Below are positions 51,531 to 63,580 of a DNA stretch of 64,000 bases, piece after piece. The translations under genes and the position numbers were made by a program. The number at the start of each line of letters is the position of its first letter. Position 1 is the stretch's first letter. The stretch comes from Camelus ferus (lineage: Eukaryota), in the NCBI RefSeq assembly GCF_009834535.1, contig NC_045696.1, positions 97,032,001 to 97,096,000 of the forward strand, written 5' to 3'. The notes under the pieces were generated by a model that searched no databases, was not told the DNA's origin, and saw only the letters and a program-made list of their open reading frames with translations.

Positions 51531-51991
51531 TGTATTAGTCAGAGTTGTCCAGAGAAACAGAAACAATAGGAGATATACATGCATATGTGTAAAGACATTT
51601 ATTATAAGAGGTTGGAAGGTGTGATTACAGAGGCTCAGAAATCCTGAGACCTGCAGTCAGCCAGCTGGAGACCCAGGAAGACTGAGGGTGCAGTTCTAGT
51701 TCAAGTCCAAGTCTGGAGGCAGGAGAAGACAGCTGTCCTAGTTTGAAGACAGGCAGAGAGAGAGAGAGAGAGAAAGAGATAGAATTCTCCCTTACTCACC
51801 TTTTTTTGTACTGTTCAGGCTTTCAGTGAATTGGACTAGGCTCACCCACCTTGGGGAGGGTGAGTTGCTTACTCAGTGGGCCAATTCATAAGTTAATCTC
51901 ATCAAGGGACACCTTCACAGACATGCCTAGAATAATGTTTCATCCAATGTCCCATGGCCCAGTCAAGTTGATACATAACGTTAAACATCAA
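51531..51991 (-). mobile_element. MLT2 (B/D-type) ERVL solo LTR inserted into a MIR (halves about 51475-51530 and 51995-52125)
   Basis: tgtattagtcagagttgtccagagaaacagaa...gctggagacccaggaagactga...cccagtcaagttgatacataacgttaaacatca. Confidence 0.88.
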
Positions 51992-52908
51992 ACATGTGTC
52001 AGTTTAATTAACTGTCACAACAATTCGGCAAGGAGGCAACACTATTATTCTTAATATTTGGGTGAGCCAGGATTTCAGCCAGTCTGACTTCAGAGCCAAT
52101 AGGTCTAGCCAGTACACTGCTCCACCCTGCCTTGGAAAACCATCCCAGGGCTTCCCTTCGCATTTGCAAGTGATTTTTTACTTTCTTTTGCTGAATGAGA
52201 TAACTTAGAAACATCAAATAAAATTTTAAAAAATAGCTTGTGTGTTACTTTCTGGTCCTTATTCATTTTTACTTATAACTTCACAAAGGGTCCTGGTCTG
52301 CTTCAATTTTATATGCAAACTTAGAAGTGATATTGATATAAGGAGTGTTACTGTCACCTGGTCCTGGTTGGTTGTTGAGTAACAATAATAATGGTAATAA
52401 TCCTAACATGAAATTATTATTGCCAATTAATTTAATTAATTAATTATTATTTAATGAATTTTAATTGTATCACATTCTCCTGGGTTGTGGCTTACTCTCT
52501 TGAACATGACCAAAAAACCCACCCCCCCCCCCAAAAAAAAACCAAATCTACTACTTATTAAAGAAGACATTTACAGCAAATTTCTTTTATGACAAGGAAG
52601 TACAACAAGATGTCAAATGTTGGATCTGAGTGAGACTGATATAGGCAATTTTCTTTTGGTCTCTTTTTTCTGTCCTTTAAAATATATTGCAGCAGAAAAA
52701 TATATAAATCACCTTTTTTTTTTTTTTTTAAAGTCTGTACAGTTGTAACACTAATTAAAACAAGACAAAACAGGGCCAACCTGCCCATAAGAAACACTTT
52801 CTGTGGCTACTGGGGCCTCGGGGCTGGTCCATATGCCACTCTGACGTCCAAAGACCCTTCAGCAGCCTTCCTGTCACACCTCAAACCGTAACAGACACCA
52901 GGACATCG

Positions 52909-53607
52909 TATTACCGAACGAACTCGGGTCTGCATGCCTGACGCACAGCAAAGCCAATCTACTGACACCAGCTTATGGTGAAGGAAAGTACTGAGTTTAT
53001 TGCAGGGCACCAAGCAAGGAGAATGGGCAGCTCAGCTTGGGCTCAAAAAACCCAAACTCTCCCATGACTCTTGGGGAGGGGTTTTTAAAAGGTAATGTTA
53101 GGAGCGAAGGTCCCAGGGTGATCGGCTCATGGACATTTTTCTGATAGGTTGGTGGTGAGGTAGCAGGGTGATGGTTCAGGAAGCTTAATCATCAGCCTTT
53201 TGGTTCTAACCAGTCTGGGGGTCTCTGCACTTGTGGTCAGCGTGTAGTCACCATCCTCCTCCTGGTGGAGGTCTTCATTACTGCAGAACAACTCAAAGAT
53301 GCATCAGATTGTTATGTATATCCCTTCAGGAGTAGCTAGGAGTCCATTATTCTAATCATTAACTGCTTCAGTTTGCTCTTCGGAGCTCAGGAAAGGTCAA
53401 ACAAGATGTGGGGCTGGGGTGGGATACGGAGGGGATTGCACTTGGGAAGGTCTTGCAGGGTCCTGTTCAGTTTCAGTCCCCTTTTTCTTTGATACTCCTC
53501 AGTCCAGAGGGAAACAGGAGTGAGACAAGAAAGGGAATAAAGTTTTGGATGGGGAAGGTAATCATAAACTCAGTGTGGAAACTCAGTTTTAGGGGAACTC
53601 GGGTTCA
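52909..53607 (-). mobile_element. ERV1-type LTR (LTR proper about 52909-53475) plus PPT and ~130 bp of upstream sequence
   Basis: tattaccgaac...aaagccaatctactgacacc...tttattgcagggcaccaagcaaggagaatgggcagctc. On the minus strand: AATAAA, a TATA-like tttaaaaa, and PPT aaagaaaaagggga before TGAAACTGAAC. Confidence 0.75.
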
Positions 53608-56565
53608 GTAGGGATCCCAACCTGTTGTTGATTTCCTCCAGGATGATTAGTTATTTAGTGCCTGACTAAAGAACAGAAAGAACCCAGACTTCCTGATTCC
53701 CTGCTGTCTTATCCAAATGAGCCAGCTTCCTGAAATTTTCTAAGATTTCATCACATGCATTTTCACACTTTGTATCAGGCTCATGGGCTCGTGGCTGTAG
53801 GAACCTAAATGTACTGGGTACAGGTTTTTGAGTAACAAAAACATGGTGTACCCTTCCCCGTTCCAGCCTCCTCCTCAGCCATGACAGACATCATTAATGG
53901 ATCAGAGAACGCTCTTCCCTGAGCTCAGCCTTAGTTCAGTTCCTTCCCAGCATGTTGCTCTGGCAGCCGCTACAAAGAGTTGGCTCTGAGGACGAACCTA
54001 CTTGCTCTCCCTGAATGGAGTAATGATGTCAACATCAATCCTTCCGTTCCCTTCCTTAGTATCTGGCCTTGGTTCTATATGATTATGGCTCCAACATTTT
54101 ACTTCTTTTTCCCTCTGCTTGAGAGAACATGGTCTGAAAATGGGTACTCAGGCTGGAAGCTACTTTCATTCCCAGTTTCCCAAAACACAAGACCTGGTGT
54201 AATCACACTGAACCTGTTTGTTTTGCATGCTTAGAAACCCCCGAGTGATTGGCTCAAGCTTACACAGCTGTGCTCGTGACGGAGCAGAGACCAATCCCAG
54301 GCTCACTGACTCTTTGTCCAGTGCTCTTTTCACCACTCTGCCCATCTGTCTCTGGGCTTTATCAGTCAGGACAGAGAAAATGTTCCTGGGACCTGACATG
54401 TGTAAACACTCCTCCATCACCCTGGCCACGGCAGCTTGCCAAGACAGGAACGAGGCCAAACTTAGTGGGTCCTTCAGCCCGGTGACCCCGGTGGAAACAA
54501 TCTCCTGATATAGAACAGAGAGAGCCAGAGAAAAATGTGCTGTCCTCCAAAGAACAAAGCCTGGGATGATTCATCCTCCTGGTCCTGGTGATTTATCGCT
54601 GGATGTGGTCACTCATACGTAGCTGTCAGCAACTTTGTGGGAATTCTAATCTGGATGCTCGACCCGAACACACAACTCCCTAGTTACTTCCTATGGTTCC
54701 GAACTGTTCAGAAGTTTCCTGGGCATGCTCTCCTGGCTGCCCCCCTTTGTATGCAAGAGACCCTTTAAAAATGCCAAATAGTCTGGGGGCTTTGGGTAAC
54801 TCTAGCTTCTCTGGACCTCAGCTTTCTCATCCTTCAAAACAGGAATTGAACGAGCTGGTCTTGAAAATCCCTTCTGGTCCTAAAATCCTATGACAAGGCA
54901 TATTTAGGAAGGCCTCTTAAATAGGAAAAACATATTTGATTTTCTATACCTTACAGATTGGCTGGTTGCCCAAGCACTGATGGGACCAGGTGAGGAGGGT
55001 GGGGCAGGGCCTGGCAGAACGTGTAGCCTCTCAGGAGGGACCCATCAAGCTTCCAGTCCACTGTGGTTCATCCCCCACTGCACCACGGAGACTCCTCTCA
55101 CTCAGGTCTCTAATGATTTATTTGTTCCCAAATTCAGCAGATACTTATAAAGTAAAAGATAACTGTACAAGCACTATGAACGTAGTTTACAGAAAATCAA
55201 CAAAGCAGAAGATGTATATATACGAAGTCATATGTACAGATGTAAATATTTATAAATATGCCATTTCTAAGGGGACTTATTCTAGCTGTATTTAGTTTTA
55301 GTTTTACAGAAATGGGATCAGATGGAACACATTCCTTTGTGACATGCTTTTTCTCACTTAGTATGTCCTAGAGCTCTTAACCGTATCAGACCATGTAGTC
55401 TTCCCCTTTTTTTTAAAAACTGCAGGTGGAGGGTTCCTATATCATGTTTTAACAACTTCTTTTTGTTAACCATTTCTCCATTGATGGACATTTGGTCTGC
55501 TTCTAGGATGTTGCTATTTCAAAAAGTACTGCAGTAATCTAATATTCTTGTCCAAGCATTTGACTATTTCTCTAAGACAGGCATATCTAGGAAAAAGCCA
55601 TTTAGTTTACAGAAATGCACATTTTAAATTTTGAAGAATTTGGCCAACTGATCCTTCAATATGGTAGTACCAATGGGAATACCCGTTTCCCCATGTTCTC
55701 ACTGAGCTTTCATTGCTTTTTTATCTTTGCCTTTTCTTCATTACTAGCAAATTTGAGCACATGTATGTATTTTTTTTTGCCATGTGTATTTCTTTCATAA
55801 ATTGTCTATTTATACCCTTTGCTTATTTTTCAGGTAGGTTGCCCTTTTCCTTATCAATTTGCAGGAATGTTTAAAAAGTTTTTTGGATGAACTCATGTAT
55901 GTATCATCTAGTTTTGATATTATCAGTTCATGGCCAATATATTCTCCCATCCCCATGGAAGGATTATATTGAGGCAAATCCCCAACATCATACCATTTCA
56001 TTTGTTAATATTTTAGTTGGTAAATCTAAAAAAAAAATCAAAGCTCTTAAAAATATTCATATTATCATTGTCTCTAACAAGAAAAATAATTCCCTATATC
56101 GTCAAATATCCAGTGTTCATAGTTCCTCCATTAGCTCTTGTATCTTTAAAAATAATTACCACAATGTCATCAAATATCCAGTAAGTATTGAAATTTCCTC
56201 CAGTATCTCATAAATATTTTTTTTTAAACGATCTGTTTAAATCCAGATCCAAAGAATATCTATGAATTTTAATTGGTTAATGCACCTTTTAATTCTCTTT
56301 TAATTTATAGGTTCTTTCCCTCATTTGTTGAAGAATCCTGGTTATTTTTCCCGCAGAGTTTCCCACAGCCTGGATTCTGCTGATTGCCTCTGATGGTATC
56401 TTTAACATGTTCCTGTGTCTTGTATATTTTTTGAATGCTTGTAGTCAGATCTAAGGCTTGATGAGACTGAGGTTTTGACAAGAATACTTACAGGTGTGTT
56501 GTGTAGTTCCAACAAGACAACGTAATTCTGGCCGTCTCTTTGTGAGGTTAGCAGCCATTCATGGC

Positions 56566-57379
56566 TGTGTTAGTCTTGGTCCACTCAGGAAACAGAAACC
56601 ACACAGTAATGAAAATAAGGGGCATTTAATATAAAGAATTATTAAATATGATAGGAAAGTAACTATGAAGATGTAAAGACACCTCTACTGGGTATCCTAT
56701 ATCCAAGGGAGAATAGTCAGGGAGAGACCAGCTTGGCAAAGGGAGACGTCGCCCGCCTGGGGCTCAGACTCAGGGAGGAGGCCCGGCTGAGCACTAGATG
56801 ACGGCGCTCAAGTTCCCTGGGCTGCTGGGTCAGAGTCACAGTCACCCGGCACGCAAGGAAGAATCCACGGGTGCCGGGGAGCTGAGGCTGGTGGGTACCG
56901 CCGTGGACAGAAGGCCCGGTGTGTGGCTTTCACGGTGGGAGGGCGGTGGGCAATAGCATCTCGGGGTGCAGGCCAGCTGACACTGGAGCCCGGTGCACAG
57001 GGGGAGGTGGGGCTCCAGGGCAGCTGGAAGCCTGGAGAGCAGTGTCCCCGTCACAAGGGCTGAGGCAAGGTGGTCATGGGACGCAGGCGGGGGCTCTGAA
57101 GTCTCTTGGACTGCACATTCTAGGCATGTGGCTGGGGCGGGATAGACACTGGCGACAGACCGTGCAGCCAGTGCGAGGGGAAAAAACAAAAACAAAAACA
57201 AAACCACCTCAGTATACTGGGACCAAGAAGAAAACCCCCCTTTGACCTGCAATGTCCCTCTAGCGCCCCCTACTGATCCAGCTGGACATTGCGCTCATTG
57301 TGATAAAGTCCAATCCATTATCTCAGGGCACTGAAGGGTGGATTAGGGGTTGAGAAGCAATAAATTGATAACGGACACA
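56566..57379 (-). mobile_element. LTR41-like ERVL solo LTR carrying a CTCF motif
   Basis: TG...CA ends (tgtgttagtc...ataacggacaca), 814 bp long. Contains aggaaacagaaaccacacag and ctgcaatgtccctctagcgccccctactg. It splits an L1MC4-like sequence, with degenerate TSD atggc/atgct. Confidence 0.75.
57261..57293 (-). promoter_or_regulatory. CTCF core plus upstream (ZF9-11-type) motif
   Basis: Minus strand CGCAATGTCC-AGCTGGA-TCAGTAGGGGGCGCTA. Confidence 0.55.
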
Positions 57380-57749
57380 ATGCTCAGTGTCTAGGCGCAT
57401 TATGTCATTAGGGGTTGTGAGTCTAGCTATATTCATACAGTAGCTGGAATGACCCCAGAGTGAGACCCTTCCCCCATCTCTTTGGCTGCCCTGAGACACA
57501 GAGGGTATCAGAACATGGCTCTTTCCCCACAGCCACGGTTTCCCCTCTTCTCACACAGTTGACGTCCTTAGGGTCACAGCACTTTTTGCTCATTCATCGG
57601 GTCTAATCTGAGCTCTCTCTACTTTTGGTGTCCTGACATCTCCTTTTCTCTTTGGTCCAAGAGCTAACTTCAGATCAAAGCTACTTCTTACCACCTCCAG
57701 AATCTTGACTCTGCCCATAATCCCTGAACAGAATGTTTGGGAAGTGAAA

Positions 57750-57930
57750 CGTTTCATTCACACCTCACATAATCCTCAACTTATGAAATGCATGTCATTG
57801 TCCTGGTTTAACAGATGGGGAACCTGAGGCTTAAGAGGTGTGAAGCAAGTACTTCCAGAAGCAAGTACCAACTGGTGATGGGCAGCACTGGGATTAGACA
57901 CAGAGTCTGCTTAACTCTGCACCATGACAG
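57750..57930 (-). mobile_element. MIR SINE
   Basis: ctcacataatcctcaac...tttaacagatggggaacctgaggcttaagaggtg...ctgggattagacacagagtctg. Confidence 0.75.
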
Positions 57931-59497
57931 CTTGCCAGCCCAGGAGCACTCACAGCCTTCTGCTGATTTCTCTTCTGGTAACTTCAAACTCACTTGTCCA
58001 TGGCCTCTCACCAGCTCTGTTCTCTTCTGAATTTCCAGGTCATTAAAAATGTGCTTGAGAATCCTCATTGAAAAACTCTCTTCCGGGATCACCTCCTCCA
58101 ATATCAATCCAGGTCTTTATTTTTTCACTGGGGTTTCTCCTCTAACAGTAGCTTAACATCTCATTGAATTCAGCTCTGTGCAATTTAATTTCGGTTTAGT
58201 TTCTCTGGTCTCAGGTGGATGAGACTGACACCTAAATCCTCTCTAGCTGTGAAGGTGATGTTTTAGCTCCTCCATCACCCACACCCCTCTAAACCCCCAA
58301 CACACACAGAGAAGGGAATGAGGATAGAGGTGAGAATTTCTCTTCACAGAGGCAGCTATGCTACTCCCGGGATTGTAAAGCAGGAAATAAACAATCCCAA
58401 ACCTGGCACTGACATTACAACTGGCCTCTTCAGCCGCCACTCTCAGGAAGCCAGGAGCCAGCTGTGAAGTCCTGGCCATTCCAGCTGTGTAGAGACTGCT
58501 GCAAATCATACTGAAACCTTCCTTTTCCTCCCTTCCTTCTCCAGTTCATCTTCCTCCTTCAACAAACCACCTGCCACTTTTCCTTTTCTCTTGAGTCATC
58601 TCCTCCACCCCACAGTTAATAGTTATCACTCCCACCTCCTGGTCTTCCTTAGTCCCCTCTCCCACATTTCTTCCTTTTGGTCCATGGCCCCCTCTCTTCC
58701 TCCTTCCTTCCTCCTACCCAAGCTTTACTGGCAAAATCTAACAAAATAACAAAAGAATGGGGAATAAGTAAACAGCTGCCTGCCCTCACGTGGAAGGCCC
58801 TGGAAGCGGCTTCCTTCACCTTCATTGATAGAGTGTCTCTGTGTTTCAAAGTGTTTGGCCCTTGTTCAAGGCCATTCCCAATGGCCATGGAGTCATTGTG
58901 TTGGGATGAAGGTGAATCTAGGCAGTTTCTATATTTAGATGCAATTGTGTTTCTGGAAGAGGCTGCACATCACATAATAGGAAATCCTGAGAGTGTGAAG
59001 ACTGTTTCCTGCCAGTTGAAGCATTATTGTCTTTGGCTGTTCTGACAAGAACAGAAGCCTTCGAGGAAGTGGACAAAGGTGGAGGGGTGGGGGCAGGGAG
59101 GATCCTGGCTGCACCGGGTAGATGAGAAGCAGGGAAGTGTGGAGTCAGGGAAAGGAGATTGCTGGGGAAGGTGATTTAAAACTATAAGTGAAAGCAAACA
59201 AATTACAGAACCTCGCCAGAGGATGAAATAAAACCTCACCCTGATTACTTTGTAAAAATATCTGTGGAAATGAGGTCAGCTGGGGCAAGCCATTGTCTGC
59301 TCAGTATATGCTTCTATAAAGATGGCCCTTGATCAAGTGGAGAGGTAATAGACACTGCTCGGTGGTTCTAATGGCAGTCAGTGATGATGACATTGATGGG
59401 GAGGGTGATGGTGGTGTTGCAGAAAAGTCACAGGCTGTTTTATTCAGGCTTAAGGAACTGAAGACTTTCTGCCGGGAGTCTCTGGATAGTTGTGAAG

Positions 59498-59650
59498 CAG
59501 TGCTTCTCATCTTTAAATGAACCCAGGAATTACCTGGCATCTCATTCGGGTGCAGATTCTGATTCAGTGAGTCTGGGACAAGCCTGAGCTTCAGCATTTC
59601 TAGTAAACTCCCAGGTGTGTTCCACCAGCTGACCAGTATATCCATCCAGC
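59498..59650. mobile_element. MER5A/B-like hAT-Charlie MITE
   Basis: cagtgcttctca...gaattacctgg...tgcagattctgattcagtgagtctggg...gcatttctagtaaactcccaggtg. Confidence 0.8.
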
Positions 59651-59744
59651 TTACACATGGGGAGGGATGGGAGAATGTATTTGAGAAAAGATCTTTAGAG
59701 TGTCAAGTCGGGGTTGGGGGACAGAAAACAAGGCAGAGTTTTTT

Positions 59745-60010
59745 CTTTTCTTTTTTTTTTTAAACTGGAGTGTAGTTGGGTTATAATATAGTGTCAGATT
59801 CTGGTATATAACAAAGTGATTCAGTTACATATGTGTGTATATCTATATATACACATATATCTATTCTTTTTCAGATTCTTTTCCATTATAGGTTATTACA
59901 AGATATTGAATATAATTCCCTGTGCTCTACTGTAGGTTCTTGTTGTTTATCTATTTTATATATAGTACTGTGTATCTGTTAATCCCAAACTTCGAATTTA
60001 TCCCCCCTCC
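59745..60010 (-). mobile_element. Short cetartiodactyl-type L1 3'UTR insertion with TSD
   Basis: Poly-T and ttcagattcttttccattataggttattacaagatattgaat; same 3'UTR type as 44440-45154. TSD cagagtttttt (59734-59744) / cagagtttatt (60011-60021). Confidence 0.92.
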
Positions 60011-61935
60011 CAGAGTTTATTGGTATGGGGAACTCTCTCATGACTCCAGATTCACATCCTGGTGAGGGCACAGAAGACACTCTCTTTCCTAAATAAGGAA
60101 CCCATTAGTTAGGAATGGGCTGAGAAGCACACAGTAACTGTCTTCTGCAGGCCAAGGTTGGCTGTAGGAGGTGGTGCAGTAGACTTGGGCTCCATGGTCA
60201 GCGAGCATGGTTCTATTCTGGAATGCCAAAGGCCAAGGGGAGTCACTCAACTACCAGAGGCCAGCTGGAAGTCTTGGCCATGATGAGAAATGAGGCGGAA
60301 GGACAATGCAGGGGCTTTGACCGCAAGGGCCTCTGGTAATGACTGGTAGACCCCGGTGTGCCCAGGGATGAGGTCACAGGCAGCCCATGGGGGTGCTGCT
60401 TGACTTCCACAACCAGAAAGGTCAAGTGCAAATGAGCTGAAGGCTGGTGTCAGATGCCACAGTGAAAAATCACAATCCGTCTTCCCGTTTTTAGATGTGA
60501 ATCAATTCTCAGACCCAGAGTACATTATTGAAGGGGAGGCCAGGTCCTTTTGAGGGAGGACCCTGTGACATATCCCATCAAATATGCTTGGTAGCGCTTC
60601 CCCTCAATCCCATAGCCACTTACCCCAGTAATTCTGCGCTGGGGAAAGGAGAGTCCCTAGCTCTTTCAAGGATCTGCATTGGTCCTGATAACAGGGGACC
60701 CAAAACACTAGCGTGGCTGCCTCTTAGAGTGGAGTACATAGAACCTTGTGAAAAATGGCCCAGGTTAGTCACAAAATGGGTCCAAAATGGGTCCTTGGAC
60801 CACAGTGCAGTCTTTCTCCATTTTGATGGTATGTGGGTAAACCAGCTCCCCACAGAGAAGGAGGAGGAGGAAGGAGAGGGAGAGGAGGATGAGAAAAGAA
60901 AAAAAGCCCTCATCTGGACCTGCGGCATGTGCTGATTTTTATGTTGTGCATGCTCCCGCCACGGCTAGTTTCCAGCCACCAACATGAAGTCACTGAACAC
61001 AAACTTGGGGAAAGATGCCTCAGTCCCTCTGTGTAGAAATGGGATGGATGTATGCAACAGCTGGCAGAGCCCCCTGGGAGGCCCTCTGCACTCAGGCCCG
61101 GTCCTGTGGTTGTTTCCTCCTACAGCAGGAACGCTACTCACCACCCACGCCTTACTGAGCCTTGGCCGTAATTGTTGATCTAGCAGCGACGAGGAGACAC
61201 AGGAGCGGGTCTTCAGGACAGGAGACACTGTCTAGCAAGGTGTCTGCCTCAGGGGAGACCTCAGTCTAACCTCCAGGTGAGGGGAGGCTGCCCGCCTCTA
61301 GCCAGTGGGAGGGGCCACTTCTGCCAGCCCAGAGCTTCTGGGGAACCTTCGGTTTCACTGCTCTCAGGTGCATCTCCCCAGGTGTCCCATCTCATGTTCC
61401 AGGTCCTCTCCTTTCTTCTCGGAGCCCTGACTTCCCCATAGGAGACGTGCCAAGGCTGTGCTCCAACCTCCTCTGTTACTGCAACACTCCGACAATCAGG
61501 TCCTAGACCTGGTTTTCTTCCTGGCCAGCCCCCCAGCTGCAGGAGAGGAGGGTTTTAAGAAACGCCACCGTGGAAGCCCCCTGACTTTCCCACTAGGCTC
61601 TGAGTGGGTGGTTGGCTGAACTGAGCCTGTCATTTTCTCCTTTCGGGGTTTCAGTTGTAGTTAATAACTACTCGCCAAGTCTGCATTCTCTGCCGCCTTA
61701 TCTCTGACATGTGGAGCTATTGCGTGAGCTGATGTGTCTCTGCCCAGAAGGCTCTGTCTCAGTTCACTGCAGATGAGAATCTCAGGGGCCACATCCACAA
61801 GCTGAGTGAGATGAGAATCTTCTAGAATCTTCCAGAGTGCCACTTCACACCGACAGTGGGGTCTTGTGACCATCGGGCTGGTGAGTGAGCTGATTCTATC
61901 CTGAGTGTCTGCCTTCAGAAACTTCCAACACCAAC

Positions 61936-62343
61936 TGTCCTAGGCTGGGGTCTCCCACATCAGACCCGGATCCAAGGATTTGAGTGTAAGTAGCTGATTT
62001 TCCAGAGGATCCCAGGAGAGATCAGCAAGGGCAGGTAGCCAATTAAGGGTGTGTTACCCAGTAGGCACCCTCTGGGGAATATGGGGGTTTTATGGCACTG
62101 GGAAATACTCTGGAACATTCTTCAGAGTTCCCCACTGCCTGAGGGATGAGGAAGTTGGTGTTCATCCACCCACACATCAGCTGTCATTGCTTGAGGGCTG
62201 TGTTGGCAGGAGGAAGGGGGTTAACTCCCTGGCAGCTCAAAACAGCCCTCAGCAGAGAAAAATGAGGTGTTCATGAAAGTAGCCATTGGTATTTACAGCT
62301 AGTGCTGGGGAGATAAGGGCTGGGCACATCAGCCTCTGCTACA
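61936..62343 (-). mobile_element. LTR16-group ERVL LTR
   Basis: tgtcctaggctgggg...caaggatttgagtgtaagtag...gatcccaggag...tcattgcttgagggctg...ending ctctgctaca. Confidence 0.7.
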
Positions 62344-62809
62344 ACCTTGTGTCATAGAGCCGAGTGAAGGGTCATCCACCATGGCAGCAGCAATGCCCTC
62401 CAAAATCCAGAATAGACTCAGTCCAGATGGGGAGGTCTTGGATACTTGGAGAAAGAGAGACAGGGTAGAGGTGGAGTGATCTTGGTCCTGGAGCAAGTTG
62501 TCACTGGGTGACAACAATGGTCAGGAGCACAGTTCCAGCTGAAGACTGGACACTGCTCTGCCCTGTGGGGTGTCACCAGGCCAGGTCCCATGAGACTCTC
62601 CCCTGGGGCACTGGGAGGAGTGGTCCACGGATGGGTTAATCTGATAAATGTGCAGCTGCCAATTAACACCATGCCCTCAGGTAACAACACATTTTCCCAG
62701 TGAAAAACATCCCCCTGAAACAGTGACTTTCTGGGTAACAATTTCAGGCACAGGCTGTAGGAAAGGGATGTTAAGATACACAGGTTTTTTGTATGGCCCC
62801 TTATATTGT

Positions 62810-63045
62810 ATTGAAAATACTAACAGCATCTGCTCACACTTGTGTGGGGTTCTCAGAGCACTTTCACAGATTCTTGCAATCAACCCTCATAATGACCCAG
62901 TGAAGACGAATGAGGGGGATGTTTGTCCTCATTTTAGAGATGAGCGCTCTGAGACTCAGTGGGGTTAAGTGACTGGCTGGAAGGTCCCAGCGCTGGGTGG
63001 TGGTGGAGAGTTCCAGCCTCGCATCTTCTCATTCTGCGTCATTCA
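62810..63045 (-). mobile_element. MIR SINE
   Basis: gcactttcacagatt...caaccctcataatgaccc...cctcattttagagatgagcgctctgagactcag..ggttaagtgact. Confidence 0.8.
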
Positions 63046-63270
63046 CTGCTTGTTCCTAGACCAGCATTTCCCGTAAGCTGTCTCTTCCATTAGCTCTAAA
63101 AGAGCACTTTGGTAGCAGCCACATATCTGGCATCCCCAGTGCTCACAAATTCTGAGTGCTTAATATCTGTATGTTAAGCAAATGAATTTTAAAGTCTCCG
63201 CAGAAGACTTGTAAAATGATATAGCAGTTTGTCAACCCCCCTTTCTTTGTCTCTCCTCCCAGCTACACCT

Positions 63271-63295
63271 GCACACCACACACACCACACACACC

Positions 63296-63327
<32 letters not shown>
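63271..63327. repeat. Interrupted (CA)n microsatellite
   Basis: Directly visible. Confidence 0.95.
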
Positions 63328-63351
63328 GCCTCAACCTTGCAGGCTATTCTT

Positions 63352-63580
63352 CCCCCCCCCCAGCTTTATTGTAAGATACAGTTGACATATAAAACTAAAA
63401 TATTTCAAGTGTACATCATGATGATTTGCTATACATGTACATGATGAACGTATTCTCCTATTTAGTTTTTCCCCCCTATTTAATTAACACATCCATGACC
63501 TCACTTTGTATTGATTGATTGACTGAGAACTTTTAAGTTCTACTCTTTTAGCAGATTTCAATTAAACAGTACAATGTTTG
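63352..63580 (-). mobile_element. L1MA-type (L1MA9-like) 3' end fragment
   Basis: cagctttattgtaagatacagttgaca...aagtgtacatcatgatgatttg...taattaacacatccat...taagttctactcttttagcagatttcaa. Confidence 0.8.

Larger units (their letters stand above)
55100..57480 (-). mobile_element. Old L1M fragments (L1ME-type 55100-55870; L1MC4-like 55880-56565 continuing 57380-57480)
   Basis: attgatggacatttggtctgcttctagg; atcagttcatggccaat...gaggcaaatcccaacatcataccatttcat; gttagcagccatt | ...cattaggggttg continues across the LTR. Confidence 0.7.

Noticed and set aside
56842..57252. Overlapping ORFs on both strands
   Set aside because: They lie inside the GC-rich LTR and show no retroviral protein motifs.
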